Shown here: piece by piece, positions 27,115 to 37,105 of the stretch
Numbering within the stretch: the first letter of the stretch is position 1
How the letters are laid out: every line of letters starts with the position of its first letter
From: Bacteroidota bacterium
GTDB lineage: Bacteria; Bacteroidota; Ignavibacteria; UBA10030
Assembly: GCA_040901865.1 (NCBI GenBank)
Contig: JBBDYD010000142.1
Span: 22,942 to 86,941, forward strand
Direction of reading: 5' to 3'
Length of the DNA stretch: 64,000 nt
Notes under the pieces: generated by a model
What the model was told of the DNA's origin: nothing
The model's input: only the letters and a program-made list of their open reading frames with translations
Databases searched by the model: none
Program-made: the position numbers and the translations under genes

Positions 27115-28079
27115 GCCCCACCAGGATGGAACGTTGCATCGGAACTCGTCCGGATCTCATCGAGGATGGACTTGCCGCCTTGGCTGGACAGCAGGGTGGC
27201 AAGATTCACGCCCAGTGCTTCTGATTGGTCGGGTGTTCCGTGCAATGTTCCGCGTACGACGCGTTTCCCGTCCAGACTCCCAATAAATGCTTCCAGAAAA
27301 AAGATGCCACTCTCAATCCGGCCATGGGCCCCAATGGGGATCTGACACCCGCCCTCAAGAGTGCGGAGGAGTGCCCGCTCACCGCTGACCGAGCGAAACG
27401 TCCGCTCATGGTGCAACGGGGTCACGAGATCGCGAACCCATGAGTCATTCGAACGCGCCTCAACGGCAAGCGCCCCTTGACCCACCGCAGGGAGCATAAT
27501 GTCAAATGGCAGGACTTCGGAAATCCGGTCGCTCCAGCCAAGTCTCGTTAATCCCGCCTTTGCGAGAATCATTCCGTGCCAGTCAGATTCATCGAGTCTA
27601 TTCAGGCGCGTCGTAAGATTTCCCCGAATATCGACGATGGTCAGGTCGTCCCTGTAACGCAGGAGCTGACAGCGACGTCGAAGGCTTCCCGTCGCGATTT
27701 TCGCATTCGCAGGGAGGTTGTTCAATGATTGGATTTTGCTCCCTCTCCGCGCGACAAACACATCGTGCAGATCCTCTCGCTCTGTCACAGCGGCGATTTC
27801 GAGCCCTTCGATAAGCTCGGTGGGGAGATCTTTCAGGCTGTGAACCGCAAGGTCAGCCTTGTCTTCCAGGAGCGCCTGCTCGATCTCTTTGGTAAACAAC
27901 CCTTTGTCACCAATTTTCGAAAGGGGGGAGTCAAGGATCTTGTCCCCCAGTGTTTTGATGACATGGAGTTCAATTGGCAACCCGGGATGAAAATGTTCGA
28001 GGCGGGACTTGATGAATGTACTTTGCCAGAGGGCAAGCGTGCTGCCGCGGGTAGCAATCGTCAGTCGGTTACGCTTCAT
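27111..28079 (-). CDS. hemC: Hydroxymethylbilane synthase (porphobilinogen deaminase)
   Basis: LTIATRGSTLALWQS...LAVHSLKDLPTEL. I trimmed the start to the internal Met (MKRNRL), which overlaps the hemA stop by about 10 nt. The ORF track extends it to 28109. Confidence 0.9.
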   Translation of the reverse strand: MKRNRLTIATRGSTLALWQSTFIKSRLEHFHPGLPIELHVIKTLGDKILDSPLSKIGDKGLFTKEIEQALLEDKADLAVHSLKDLPTELIEGLEIAAVTEREDLHDVFVARRGSKIQSLNNLPANAKIATGSLRRRCQLLRYRDDLTIVDIRGNLTTRLNRLDESDWHGMILAKAGLTRLGWSDRISEVLPFDIMLPAVGQGALAVEARSNDSWVRDLVTPLHHERTFRSVSGERALLRTLEGGCQIPIGAHGRIESGIFFLEAFIGSLDGKRVVRGTLHGTPDQSEALGVNLATLLSSQGGKSILDEIRTSSDATFHPGGA

Positions 28080-29352
28080 GCTCCGCGTCCTTTTCTCCGT
28101 CGATGCCAAACAACTTCCGCAGGGCGCTGATGGTATGAAGCCGTTCCGAATGACTCTCGTCGCTTCCGTTTTTCAGGTTGACAATAGGCGTGTGGAGGAT
28201 CTTATTGATAATGCGTTTGGTCACCAGGTCCACCAGCTCGCGGTCTCGCGGATCAAAGCGATTGATATTTTTCTCGACCTCTTCCTTTCGGATGGATTCG
28301 ATCAGATCGGTAAGGGCCGCGATTGTGGGGGTTGCGTGAAGGCCGGAAACCCAGACGGTGAACTCACTCTGCTCTTCGGCAACAATGCGCGTCACCCTGG
28401 GGACTTCGTTCCTGCGCTTGGCCTCGTTCTCATGGACGAGTCCGTTGAGGCTGTCGAGATCGTACAGAAACACATTCTCAAGTTTTCTAACAGCCGGATC
28501 GATGTTGCGCGGGACACCGATGTCGATGAGAAACAATGCACCGGCAGTCCGGCGTTTGTTGATCTCTGCAAGCATGGGAGCGGTAAGTACATACTCTTCG
28601 GCCGCGACCGAGGCGATCACGATATCGATACCGCCAAGATGGTTCTTGAACTCTTCGTACGGAATCACCGTTGCGCCCACCATTGCTGCAAGGTGTTTCG
28701 ACCGTTCGGGAGTTCTATTGGTAATATGGAGAGTGCCAATCTGTTTTCCGCGCAGGTGTTTTGCGGTAAGCTGGGCCATTTCCCCGGCCCCGATGACAAG
28801 AGCGGTCTTTTCACGAAGTTCATCAAAGATCTTCTCCGCCAGTTCCACTGCCGCGTAACTGACCGAGACCGCACCTTCGCCAATTCGCGTCTCATGACGC
28901 GCTCGTTTCCCGGTTCGAAGCGCTGCATGAAACAGTTTCGTGAGAAGGAACCCGGAGGTGCCTGCTTCCTGCGCGAGGAGGAGCCCTTCCTTCACCTGGG
29001 CGAGGATCTGAACATCTCCAATCACCAACGAATCGATACCCGACGCAACACGAAACAAGTGATCGACGGCATCAACCCCGGTCAGGAATCGAAACGAATC
29101 AACCGGTATATCGCGCGCCGATTTCCCTTCAACCAGGAGATTTCTCAATCGATCGAATTCAAGGGGTCGTTCGTCGGAAGAAAATGCATAGAGTTCTGTG
29201 CGGTTGCAAGTTGAGAACATTGCTGCGTCAATGTGCAGATGTTCACGGAGGGTCGGGAGGAAGGAACGAATCTCGTCCGCCGAGAACCACAGCCGCTCAC
29301 GCACTTCCAGCGGGGCGGTGTGATGCGATATGGAGAGGCACAGGAGGTTCAT
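28069..29352 (-). CDS. hemA: Glutamyl-tRNA reductase
   Basis: I trimmed the start to MNLLCLSISHHTAPLEVRE. The ORF-track start at 29460 would overlap the upstream gene by about 110 nt. GAGEMA NADPH motif. Confidence 0.9.
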   Translation of the reverse strand: MNLLCLSISHHTAPLEVRERLWFSADEIRSFLPTLREHLHIDAAMFSTCNRTELYAFSSDERPLEFDRLRNLLVEGKSARDIPVDSFRFLTGVDAVDHLFRVASGIDSLVIGDVQILAQVKEGLLLAQEAGTSGFLLTKLFHAALRTGKRARHETRIGEGAVSVSYAAVELAEKIFDELREKTALVIGAGEMAQLTAKHLRGKQIGTLHITNRTPERSKHLAAMVGATVIPYEEFKNHLGGIDIVIASVAAEEYVLTAPMLAEINKRRTAGALFLIDIGVPRNIDPAVRKLENVFLYDLDSLNGLVHENEAKRRNEVPRVTRIVAEEQSEFTVWVSGLHATPTIAALTDLIESIRKEEVEKNINRFDPRDRELVDLVTKRIINKILHTPIVNLKNGSDESHSERLHTISALRKLFGIDGEKDAEHEA

Positions 29353-30176
29353 CAATAGAAGTTGTGGAACCCCGAAAAGAAAATGTTCACGACGGTCATC
29401 GAAAAGATTGTAATGCCGAATCCCCACACCGAGAGGATCATGACTTTCCGGCCCCTCCATTCACCCAACCGTTTTGCCGCAATGCCAATGCCGTAGAGAA
29501 GCCAAAGAAGGATGGTGCCGACAAGTTTCGGATCGCTGTACGAAACATCCAGAAACGTCTGAGGCAGCCAAAGAAATCCGACGAAGATGGCGACCCCTAG
29601 AAATACGAAGGCCATCTTGAATGCTGTATAGCTCATTCTTTCCAGTGTCTCAAGATTGGGTAATTTGGCATAAATCATGCCGAAATTGCTCGCCTTGATC
29701 TGGTGATACAGCATCAGATAGAGGAACCCGTACACGGCGGAAATCGTGATGGCGGCATAGCCGAGGAGGGCGGCGCCGACGTGAAGCCCGAAAAAGTTGC
29801 TTCGGAGGATTTCAGGGACTTCCAGGAGATCCCGAATGAACGCGGAAGAGACGAACTGGAAAAAAAAGGCAATATTCAGAATGAAATATCCCGTTTCGCC
29901 GGACTTTGAGCGAATCTCAATGATGAGATAGGCAATTGCAACGCAGAAGGCCAGCACCGAGAGTATTTCAAAGATGGTAGTGACGGGGGGATGGTTGAAC
30001 TCGATTGCCCGAGCCAGCAGATAAAGGAAATGGAGGGACACTGTTGAGATCAGCAGGTGCGACTTGGTCACCTTTGCCCAGACGATGTCACCGAAAAACG
30101 CCTTGCCGTACGTCCAAACGACGACGAAATAAAAGGCAGGGAGCAGAATGTTAACGCTGTCGACAAAAAACCCCAT
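29352..30176 (-). CDS. Polytopic membrane protein of the cytochrome-c-assembly (CcsA/ResC-like, HemX-type) family, first gene of the haem operon
   Basis: Eight predicted transmembrane helices and a Trp-rich segment. Sits immediately upstream of hemA, as hemX does in hemAXCDBL-type operons. Confidence 0.7.
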   Translation of the reverse strand: MGFFVDSVNILLPAFYFVVVWTYGKAFFGDIVWAKVTKSHLLISTVSLHFLYLLARAIEFNHPPVTTIFEILSVLAFCVAIAYLIIEIRSKSGETGYFILNIAFFFQFVSSAFIRDLLEVPEILRSNFFGLHVGAALLGYAAITISAVYGFLYLMLYHQIKASNFGMIYAKLPNLETLERMSYTAFKMAFVFLGVAIFVGFLWLPQTFLDVSYSDPKLVGTILLWLLYGIGIAAKRLGEWRGRKVMILSVWGFGITIFSMTVVNIFFSGFHNFY

Positions 30177-30362
30177 ACGAAATCGCTCTCTTTTAATAGG
30201 AAATTAATCAAATGTCGTGCCAGAAGCAAGAAACCGGGAATGAGTCGCGTTTCTCCTATATGTAAGAAAGCAAAGGATACTTCTCAACGTTCCTTTCTTG
30301 CCTTTGGGAATATCCGTGCCTATATTTTTTTTTGCAGTTCTCTATCGAAAGGAAATCAAACC

Positions 30363-31754
30363 ATGAAGGAAATCATTTCATTTGTTGAAGCCAATAAGGA
30401 CCGCTATCTGTCGGAGCTCAAAGAATTCCTGGCGATCCCCAGTGTCAGCTCGCAAAAGGATCACAACGCGGACACGCGACGTTGCGCAGAGTGGGTTGTG
30501 GCTCAGATGCGAACAGTTGGCATGCAGAACGTGCAAATATTTGAAACGCCCGGTCATCCAATTGTGTACAGCGAGTGGCTCGGTGCACCGGGAAAACCAA
30601 CGGTGTTGCTGTACGGGCATTACGATGTCCAGCCTGTGGACCCGGTGAACCTCTGGACCTCGCCCCCGTTTGAAGCGGCGATCCGGGGTGATAACCTCTA
30701 CGCCCGAGGATCGGCCGACGACAAAGGCCAGGTGTACATTCACTTCAAGGCCATTGAGGCCTTCATGAAAAAACAGGGCTCTCTCCCGGTGAACGTGAAA
30801 ATGATCATCGAGGGAGAAGAAGAGGTCGGAAGCGAAAACCTTGATCAGTTTGTGAAAGGCCACAAGGATCTCTTGAAGGCGGATCTTGTTTTGATTTCAG
30901 ATTCTTCAATGTTTGCCAAGGGAGTCCCGTCAGTTTGCTACGGTCTGCGCGGACTTGCCTACATGGAAGTCGAGGTCACGGGGCCAAACAAAGACCTGCA
31001 TTCCGGTTCCTTTGGTGGATCGGTCCATAATCCGATTCAGGCCCTTTCAGAGATGATTGCCTCGCTTCATGACAAGAACGGGAAAGTGACGGTAAAAGGG
31101 TTCTACAAGGATGTCCGGCCTCTCATAAAGAAAGAGCGCGGGGCATTCCGCAAACTTCCGTGGAATGATAAGCGATACGCGAAGGACCTCGGCGTTGCTG
31201 CCCTGTACGGCGAAAAGGGTTTTACGACCCTGGAACGTCTATGGGCGAGGCCGACGCTTGAGTGTAACGGAATCTGGGGCGGGTATACAGGTGAAGGAGC
31301 GAAAACAGTGCTTCCATCAAAAGCATTTGCCAAGATTTCCATGCGGTTGGTGCCGGATCAGGATTCCGGTACGACTGCCAAAATGTTCGAGCGCCACCTG
31401 AAATCGATTGTACCCAAAACCATTACCGTGGCCGTTCGAGCACTCCATGGCGGTGAGCCTGCAATCACACCGATAGACAGTCCGGGCGTCCAGGCGGCAG
31501 TCGCGGCGTTGGAAAAGGGGTTCGGGAAGAAACCACTGTATCAGCGGGAGGGTGGTTCGATTCCCATCGTCGTTCAGTTCAAGAAGATCCTGGGGTTGGA
31601 CACCGTGCTCCTCGGATTCGGTCTTCCCGACGAGAATGCACACGCGCCCGACGAGCATATCAATCTCGAAAACTTCTTCGGGGGCATCCGTACCTCTGTC
31701 CACTTCTATAACGAACTGCCCGGTTTTTGGAAGAACGGCGGCAAAGGGAAGTAG
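30363..31754 (+). CDS. Peptidase M20 family dipeptidase/carboxypeptidase (ArgE/DapE/CPG2-like)
   Basis: I chose the internal ATG (MKEIISFVEANKDRYL). The ORF-track start at 30057 overlaps hemX. Motifs HYDVQPV, GSADDKGQ and IEGEEEVGS. Confidence 0.8.
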   Translation: MKEIISFVEANKDRYLSELKEFLAIPSVSSQKDHNADTRRCAEWVVAQMRTVGMQNVQIFETPGHPIVYSEWLGAPGKPTVLLYGHYDVQPVDPVNLWTSPPFEAAIRGDNLYARGSADDKGQVYIHFKAIEAFMKKQGSLPVNVKMIIEGEEEVGSENLDQFVKGHKDLLKADLVLISDSSMFAKGVPSVCYGLRGLAYMEVEVTGPNKDLHSGSFGGSVHNPIQALSEMIASLHDKNGKVTVKGFYKDVRPLIKKERGAFRKLPWNDKRYAKDLGVAALYGEKGFTTLERLWARPTLECNGIWGGYTGEGAKTVLPSKAFAKISMRLVPDQDSGTTAKMFERHLKSIVPKTITVAVRALHGGEPAITPIDSPGVQAAVAALEKGFGKKPLYQREGGSIPIVVQFKKILGLDTVLLGFGLPDENAHAPDEHINLENFFGGIRTSVHFYNELPGFWKNGGKGK

Positions 31755-31778
31755 AAAAAGCCTGCAATCGGCCAAGAG

Positions 31779-31817
31779 AAAGCCCTTCTTCGGGACATCG
31801 AAGCAGGGCTTTTTTCT
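31779..31817 (+). terminator. Rho-independent terminator
   Basis: aaagcccttcttcg...cgaagcagggcttttttc. Confidence 0.6.
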
Positions 31818-31862
31818 TTAGTGGGTCTTTCGTACATTGGGCGCAACTTCCTTGCCGAGACA

Positions 31863-32747
31863 ATGATTTCAAAAGAATTTCTCCAGCAATTACCGATCTT
31901 CGAAAAACTCTCCCCGGTGGATTTTGATGTACTCCAACATCTGTGGAAGCCGCGCAAATTACGCAAATCTGAAGTGCTCTTCCGGTTCGGAGAAATTGGC
32001 ACGTCGATGGTCGTTATAGAAGAGGGGACGATCGAAATCACCATTCCCGTCGAGAACAAGGAAATGCAAATATCGGTTCTCCACGAGGGTGAATTTGTAG
32101 GGGAGCTTGCGCTGATCGACGGGCTTCCGCGTACGGCGACGGCCCGCGCATTGGAATCCTGCCGAGTTCAGGAAATGCGCAGGGACGCTTTTGTCAGCTT
32201 TTTGCTCGATCGGCCCACGGTTGCCATTTCCATGATGAGTGAAATGGGGAAGCGGCTCCGTGCCACGAACGAGCTTGTGCAATCGCTGGCCTCCAAGAAT
32301 GTCAACGAGGAAATCGAAGAGAGATTGACCGTTGGAGAACGTCTCGCGGACAAGATTGCAGAATTCGGGGGTAGTTGGGTGTTTATTTCGTCATTCATGT
32401 TCCTCCTTTTCCTGTGGATGGCGGCAAACACCGTTCAATTGTGGTATAAGCCGTTCGATGAGTTCCCTTTTATCTTTTTGAACCTCATGCTTTCGTGCCT
32501 TGCCGCCCTTCAAGCTCCCGTTATCATGATGAGTCAAAACCGTGCGCAAAAAAAGGACCGGTTGAAGGCCGAATTGGACTACCAGGTTAATCTGAAATCA
32601 GAATTGATGATTCAGCAGTTGCATGTGAAGTTTGACGAACTGCGCGCAACCGAAATCCATGATATCCATTCTGTTCTCGCCGCTCGGATCGAAACGCTCA
32701 AAAAGCAGATGGAAGAAGTGGAACGGCATGCTGGTTCAAAGGTCTAA
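31863..32747 (+). CDS. Cyclic-nucleotide-binding domain protein with a C-terminal DUF1003-like membrane domain
   Basis: cNMP-binding fold (FGEIGTSMVVIEEGTIEI...GELALIDGLPRTATARA), then two transmembrane segments and a coiled coil. Confidence 0.7.
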   Translation: MISKEFLQQLPIFEKLSPVDFDVLQHLWKPRKLRKSEVLFRFGEIGTSMVVIEEGTIEITIPVENKEMQISVLHEGEFVGELALIDGLPRTATARALESCRVQEMRRDAFVSFLLDRPTVAISMMSEMGKRLRATNELVQSLASKNVNEEIEERLTVGERLADKIAEFGGSWVFISSFMFLLFLWMAANTVQLWYKPFDEFPFIFLNLMLSCLAALQAPVIMMSQNRAQKKDRLKAELDYQVNLKSELMIQQLHVKFDELRATEIHDIHSVLAARIETLKKQMEEVERHAGSKV

Positions 32748-33297
32748 TCCCACCGGCAGCTTGAAAATCTATACCAAAAAAGGTGACGGAGGGGAAACGT
32801 CGTTGTTTGGCGGCAAGCGCGTTCCAAAGAATTCAATCCGCATCGATGCGTACGGAACGGTTGACGAGCTGAACTCCCACCTTGGATTTGCACGGACTCT
32901 GAACCCTTCCCCCTCAGAGGATGCCGATCTCCAACGGCTACAGGAAACCCTTTTTGTTCTTGGCGCAGATCTTGCCACACCGGCGGGAGGAAAAACGAAA
33001 CGCATTGCGGAAGAAGATGTGTCAGTGCTGGAGCGCAGCATTGATCGTCTGGAGAATGATCTGCCGTCCCTCAAGAATTTCATTCTGCCCGGCGGCAGTC
33101 CGCTTGCTGCGCACCTCCATATTGCGAGGACTGTTTGCCGTCGCGCCGAACGACTGGTGAGTGCGTTGAGTCGATCAGAGGAACTCAGTCCGTACCCGCT
33201 CAAGTTTCTCAATCGCCTCTCCGATCTGTTGTTTGTCATGGCACGCCACGCCAACCATGTCGCGGGTGCAACGGAAGCGCCGTGGAATCCGGTCTGA
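32728..33297 (+). CDS. ATP:cob(I)alamin adenosyltransferase, PduO/MMAB type
   Basis: KIYTKKGDGGETSL...IRIDAYGTVDELNSHLG. The start is uncertain: ATG 32728 overlaps the previous gene by 20 nt, while TTG 32761 would give the canonical M-KIYTK N-terminus. Confidence 0.8.
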   Translation: MLVQRSNPTGSLKIYTKKGDGGETSLFGGKRVPKNSIRIDAYGTVDELNSHLGFARTLNPSPSEDADLQRLQETLFVLGADLATPAGGKTKRIAEEDVSVLERSIDRLENDLPSLKNFILPGGSPLAAHLHIARTVCRRAERLVSALSRSEELSPYPLKFLNRLSDLLFVMARHANHVAGATEAPWNPV

Positions 33298-33400
33298 CAT
33301 GGCGGAATCGCCGGGAAAAAATGCTTGATATTCAACCGAAGGTTCTCTATACTCAAATCGTTGTAAGGACATCGCTGCGCCTCAGAGAAGGGGAAGTCCC

Positions 33401-33928
33401 ATGAACGACGAGTATGTGGATGAGGAATTCAGCCAGATGTATGAGGAGGCGGAGAAGCGCAAAGTGCTTGACTCCTCAACGTTTCGCCAGCCGATCAAGC
33501 ATCTGAAGGTGTTGAAGCCGGTCGTACTTTCGCCCGGACAGTCCATCGCCGAAGCGTTGGACATCATGAAGCAGAAACGATTTGGTTGCGTGGTTATCAC
33601 GGAGAAGGAAAAGCTGGTCGGTATTCTTACAGAACGTGATATCTTGCTGAAAGTGGCCGGAATCAGCGGTGCCGAGAAGAAGAAGGTCCGGGAAATCATG
33701 ACTCCCGATCCTGAAGTGTTTGAACCCGAGGACAGCATTGCTTTTGTGCTCAATGCCATGCATGTCGGCGGTTATCGGCACATTCCGGTGGTGGATGAAG
33801 AGGGCAGACCCCTTGCCGTGATTTCTATAAAGGATATTGTCGGTTTTATCCTGGACCATTTTTCCGAGGATGTATTGAATCTTCCTCCCAAACCAATGCG
33901 AACAACTGATCAGCGCGAAGGCGCGTAA
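33401..33928 (+). CDS. CBS-domain pair protein
   Basis: Two CBS repeats (VVLSPGQSIAEALDIM...GCVVITE; IMTPDPEVFEPEDSIAFVLNAMHVGGYRHIPVVD). Confidence 0.8.
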   Translation: MNDEYVDEEFSQMYEEAEKRKVLDSSTFRQPIKHLKVLKPVVLSPGQSIAEALDIMKQKRFGCVVITEKEKLVGILTERDILLKVAGISGAEKKKVREIMTPDPEVFEPEDSIAFVLNAMHVGGYRHIPVVDEEGRPLAVISIKDIVGFILDHFSEDVLNLPPKPMRTTDQREGA

Positions 33929-33952
33929 CTCTAAAGGTAAGGAGATGACAGT

Positions 33953-34309
33953 ATGCCATGGGTAATTACCAGACTGTGTGCCGATTGTCAGGATACAGCC
34001 TGTGTCAAGGTTTGTCCTGTCGATTGCATTTATGGCCTCACCGTCGATGATGCAAATTACCGGAAGATGCTCTTTATTCACCCTGAAGAATGCATCAATT
34101 GTGCCGCTTGTGAGCCCGAGTGTCCGTGGGGCGCGATTTTTGAAGATGCCTCGACCCCGGAGATCTTCAAAGAGGACATAGAAATCAATGCAAAGGTTTT
34201 CGAGGCACACCCCAAAGAGGAATTTACAACGACTCCCGAGCCGATCAAATCGCATCCCTCACCCGAGGAGATCGACGCGAACTACAAGAAATGGGGCTAC
34301 CAGAAGTAG
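33953..34309 (+). CDS. 2x[4Fe-4S]/7Fe-type ferredoxin with a 40-aa acidic C-terminal tail
   Basis: CADCQDTACVKVCP and CINCAACEPECP cluster motifs. Confidence 0.85.
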   Translation: MPWVITRLCADCQDTACVKVCPVDCIYGLTVDDANYRKMLFIHPEECINCAACEPECPWGAIFEDASTPEIFKEDIEINAKVFEAHPKEEFTTTPEPIKSHPSPEEIDANYKKWGYQK

Positions 34310-34336
34310 CAGGCCTCAAGGCCATTCAACTTCCAC

Positions 34337-34371
34337 AAACGCTGCGCGAACAACGCAGCGTTTGTTTTTTT
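34337..34371 (+). terminator. Rho-independent terminator
   Basis: aaacgctgcg-cgaacaa-cgcagcgttt followed by gttttttt. Confidence 0.7.
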
Positions 34372-34483
34372 GTGGCCGAACTGAACCCAAGTTCTCCTTG
34401 ACAATCGGGCAATTTCCGTTTATATTTTTTTCATCGTTTTAGCGGATTTTTCAAATCTCATCCCACAGATTCTCCGCTTCCTG

Positions 34484-34915
34484 ATGCTCACTGAATTCGG
34501 CAAAGTCCTGATTTTCTTCATCCTCGGCGCTGTTTTTGTGGCCGGGGGATTGATCATGTCATGGCTGCTGCGCCCCCACAATCCGTATCCCGCCAAATTA
34601 TCCACCTACGAGTGCGGTGAGGAACCAATCGGACAAGCGTGGGTTCGGTTCAACGTCAGATTTTATGTCCTCGCCCTTGTGTTCCTCATTTTCGAAGTCG
34701 AAATTATCTTTTTGTTCCCCTGGGCCCTGGTCTATCGGGAACTTGGCTTGTTTGCGTTTCTTGAAATGGCTGTGTTTCTCTTTATATTGTGGGTCGGATA
34801 TGCTTACGTGTGGGTCAAGGGGGATCTGAACTGGGATAAACCTGAACCGAAAATTCCCACACTTGCCCGCCCATCGCTTCGTCAGACAAGCCGCCCTGAA
34901 CCCGCCAGAATTTAA
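34484..34915 (+). CDS. nuoA: NADH-quinone oxidoreductase subunit A (with a 30-aa C-terminal extension)
   Basis: YECGEEPIGQAWVRFNVRFY motif, three transmembrane segments. Confidence 0.9.
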   Translation: MLTEFGKVLIFFILGAVFVAGGLIMSWLLRPHNPYPAKLSTYECGEEPIGQAWVRFNVRFYVLALVFLIFEVEIIFLFPWALVYRELGLFAFLEMAVFLFILWVGYAYVWVKGDLNWDKPEPKIPTLARPSLRQTSRPEPARI

Positions 34916-34930
34916 ATGCCCACCTAATCC

Positions 34931-35422
34931 ATGGGAATTCTTAACTACAAATTCGAGAACAGTAACATCGTTATAGCGTCCCTTGACGGCCTGCTGAATT
35001 GGGCGCGACTTTCTTCCCTCTGGCAAATGCAGTTCGGATTGGCATGTTGCGCGATCGAGATGATGGCGGCGTCGGCTTCGAATTTCGATATGATGCGGTT
35101 CGGGGTTATTCCGAGGGCCACGCCGCGGCAATGCGATGTGATGATCGTCTCCGGTACTGTAACGCTCAAAATGGCAACGCGCATCAAGAGACTGTTTGAC
35201 CAGATGCCCGAACCGCGCTACGTGATCTCAATGGGCAGTTGCTCGAATTGCGGCGGACCGTACTGGGAACACGGATATCACGTTCTGAAAGGCGTGGATC
35301 GTGTGATTCCCGTGGACGTGTATGTGCCCGGATGTCCGCCCCGCCCTGAAGCGCTTCTCGAAGGATTGATCAAGCTGCAGGAAAAAGTACGCCAGGAAAG
35401 TCTCGTAAAAAGAACCGCCTGA
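34931..35422 (+). CDS. nuoB: NADH-quinone oxidoreductase subunit B
   Basis: GLACCAIEM...[10 protein letters not shown]...PGCPP. Confidence 0.95.
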   Translation: MGILNYKFENSNIVIASLDGLLNWARLSSLWQMQFGLACCAIEMMAASASNFDMMRFGVIPRATPRQCDVMIVSGTVTLKMATRIKRLFDQMPEPRYVISMGSCSNCGGPYWEHGYHVLKGVDRVIPVDVYVPGCPPRPEALLEGLIKLQEKVRQESLVKRTA

Positions 35423-35898
35423 TGACACCTCAAGAAATCCACGACAATCTCAAGGCAAAGTTTGGAACCGCCGTTGCGGATGCCAAACTTGACGCAATTC
35501 AACCTTGGATCGGCATTGCACCCGGAAGGACCCTCGAAGTCTGCCAATTCCTGTATACTGAAATCGGTTTCGAGTTTGATTTTTTAAGCTGTTTGAGCGG
35601 AGTCGATTACAATGACGGCAAGCTCGGCGTCGTGTATCATCTGTTTTCGATGACACAAAAGCACAAGATCGTGCTCAAAGCCATTTGCACCAAAGAACAG
35701 CCGCATGTTCAGTCCGTTTCCCAGGTCTGGGGGACCGCAAACTGGCACGAACGTGAGGCCTTTGATATGTTTGGGATCGTGTTTGATGGACATCCGGATC
35801 TTCGCCGAATCCTATGCGGCGATGATTATCCGGGTTATCCCCTCCGGAAAGACTTCAAAGTGCCGGAATTCTATAATGGAATGAAAGTACCCTACTAG
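35422..35898 (+). CDS. nuoC: NADH-quinone oxidoreductase subunit C
   Basis: [29 protein letters not shown] overlap with nuoB. Confidence 0.9.
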   Translation: MTPQEIHDNLKAKFGTAVADAKLDAIQPWIGIAPGRTLEVCQFLYTEIGFEFDFLSCLSGVDYNDGKLGVVYHLFSMTQKHKIVLKAICTKEQPHVQSVSQVWGTANWHEREAFDMFGIVFDGHPDLRRILCGDDYPGYPLRKDFKVPEFYNGMKVPY

Positions 35899-35909
35899 TC
35901 AGTCTCCGA

Positions 35910-37091
35910 ATGAAGGAAACACGAACTCTCCCCACCGATTACGTCAACACACCCGGCCGAACTTCCAGCGGCCGGACTCTCCGCACCGACGAAATGATCA
36001 TTAACATGGGCCCCCAGCACCCCTCCACCCACGGAGTGCTGCGGCTTGAGATCGTCGTGGACGGCGAAATCGTCATCGACGTCATTCCGCATATCGGCTA
36101 TCTTCACCGTTGCTTCGAGAAACACGCCGAACACATGACCAACTATCAGCAAGTCATTCCTTACGCGGACCGCATGGATTACCTTTCCTCGATGAACAAT
36201 GATTGGGCCTATGCCCTGGCAGTTGAAAAACTGCTCAAGCTCGAGGTCCCCGACCGCGTCCAGCATATTCGCGTCATCATGGCCGAGCTTCAACGGATCG
36301 CCAGTCACCTGATCGCCGTGGGCACGTACGCCATTGACATGGGCGCGTTCACGCCGTTCCTCTGGTGTTTCCGTGACCGGGAACGAATCCTGGACCTTTT
36401 CGAAATGACGTGCGGCGCGCGCTTGCTCTATAATTATATCTGGGTCGGCGGAGTTTCGCACGACCTGCCTCCCGGTTTCGCCGAAAAGGCAAAGGACTTC
36501 TGCAAGGATTTTCGAAAGACCATGCAGGAAGTCACTGATGTGCTGACGTACAACGAGATCTTCATCAAGCGCACGGCGAATGTCGGCGTGCTGCCGAAGG
36601 ATGTCGCGATCAATTGGGCCTGCAGCGGCCCCATGCTTCGGGGTTCGGGAGTGGATTGGGACCTTCGCCGCGACGATCCGTACGGGGTTTATCACAAATT
36701 TGATTGGAAGGTTCAGGTCGGGAGAGGAGAGGTTGGAACGGTGGGGGATTGCTGGGACCGCTACATCGTGAGGATGAACGAGATGGAGGAAAGTGCGCGG
36801 CTGGTCGAGCAGGCACTGGCATCGTTGCCGGAAGGAAACGTGCAGGCGGCGATCCCCAAACGTATCCGGCCCGAAGCGGGCGATGTGTATGTCCGATCCG
36901 AATCTCCGCGTGGTGAGCTTGGGTTTTATGTCATCAGTGACGGGACAGGAAGCCCCTACCGGGTGAAAGGCCGTGCTCCGGCATTTGTGAATCTCAGCGT
37001 TCTGCCCGAAATCTCGCGGGGGGCCATGATTGCGGACCTTGTTGCGATCGTGGGGAGCGTCGATATCGTTCTGGGTGAAGTCGACCGTTAA
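35910..37091 (+). CDS. nuoD: NADH-quinone oxidoreductase subunit D
   Basis: [18 protein letters not shown]...RAPAF. Confidence 0.95.
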   Translation: MKETRTLPTDYVNTPGRTSSGRTLRTDEMIINMGPQHPSTHGVLRLEIVVDGEIVIDVIPHIGYLHRCFEKHAEHMTNYQQVIPYADRMDYLSSMNNDWAYALAVEKLLKLEVPDRVQHIRVIMAELQRIASHLIAVGTYAIDMGAFTPFLWCFRDRERILDLFEMTCGARLLYNYIWVGGVSHDLPPGFAEKAKDFCKDFRKTMQEVTDVLTYNEIFIKRTANVGVLPKDVAINWACSGPMLRGSGVDWDLRRDDPYGVYHKFDWKVQVGRGEVGTVGDCWDRYIVRMNEMEESARLVEQALASLPEGNVQAAIPKRIRPEAGDVYVRSESPRGELGFYVISDGTGSPYRVKGRAPAFVNLSVLPEISRGAMIADLVAIVGSVDIVLGEVDR

Positions 37092-37105
37092 CGATCAATC
37101 TCTCA

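Noticed and set aside
28009-29214. 401-aa ORF on the plus strand, antisense to hemA
   Set aside because: No recognisable domains and Arg/His-rich composition typical of antisense frames in GC-rich coding DNA. The opposite strand encodes a full-length, motif-perfect glutamyl-tRNA reductase.
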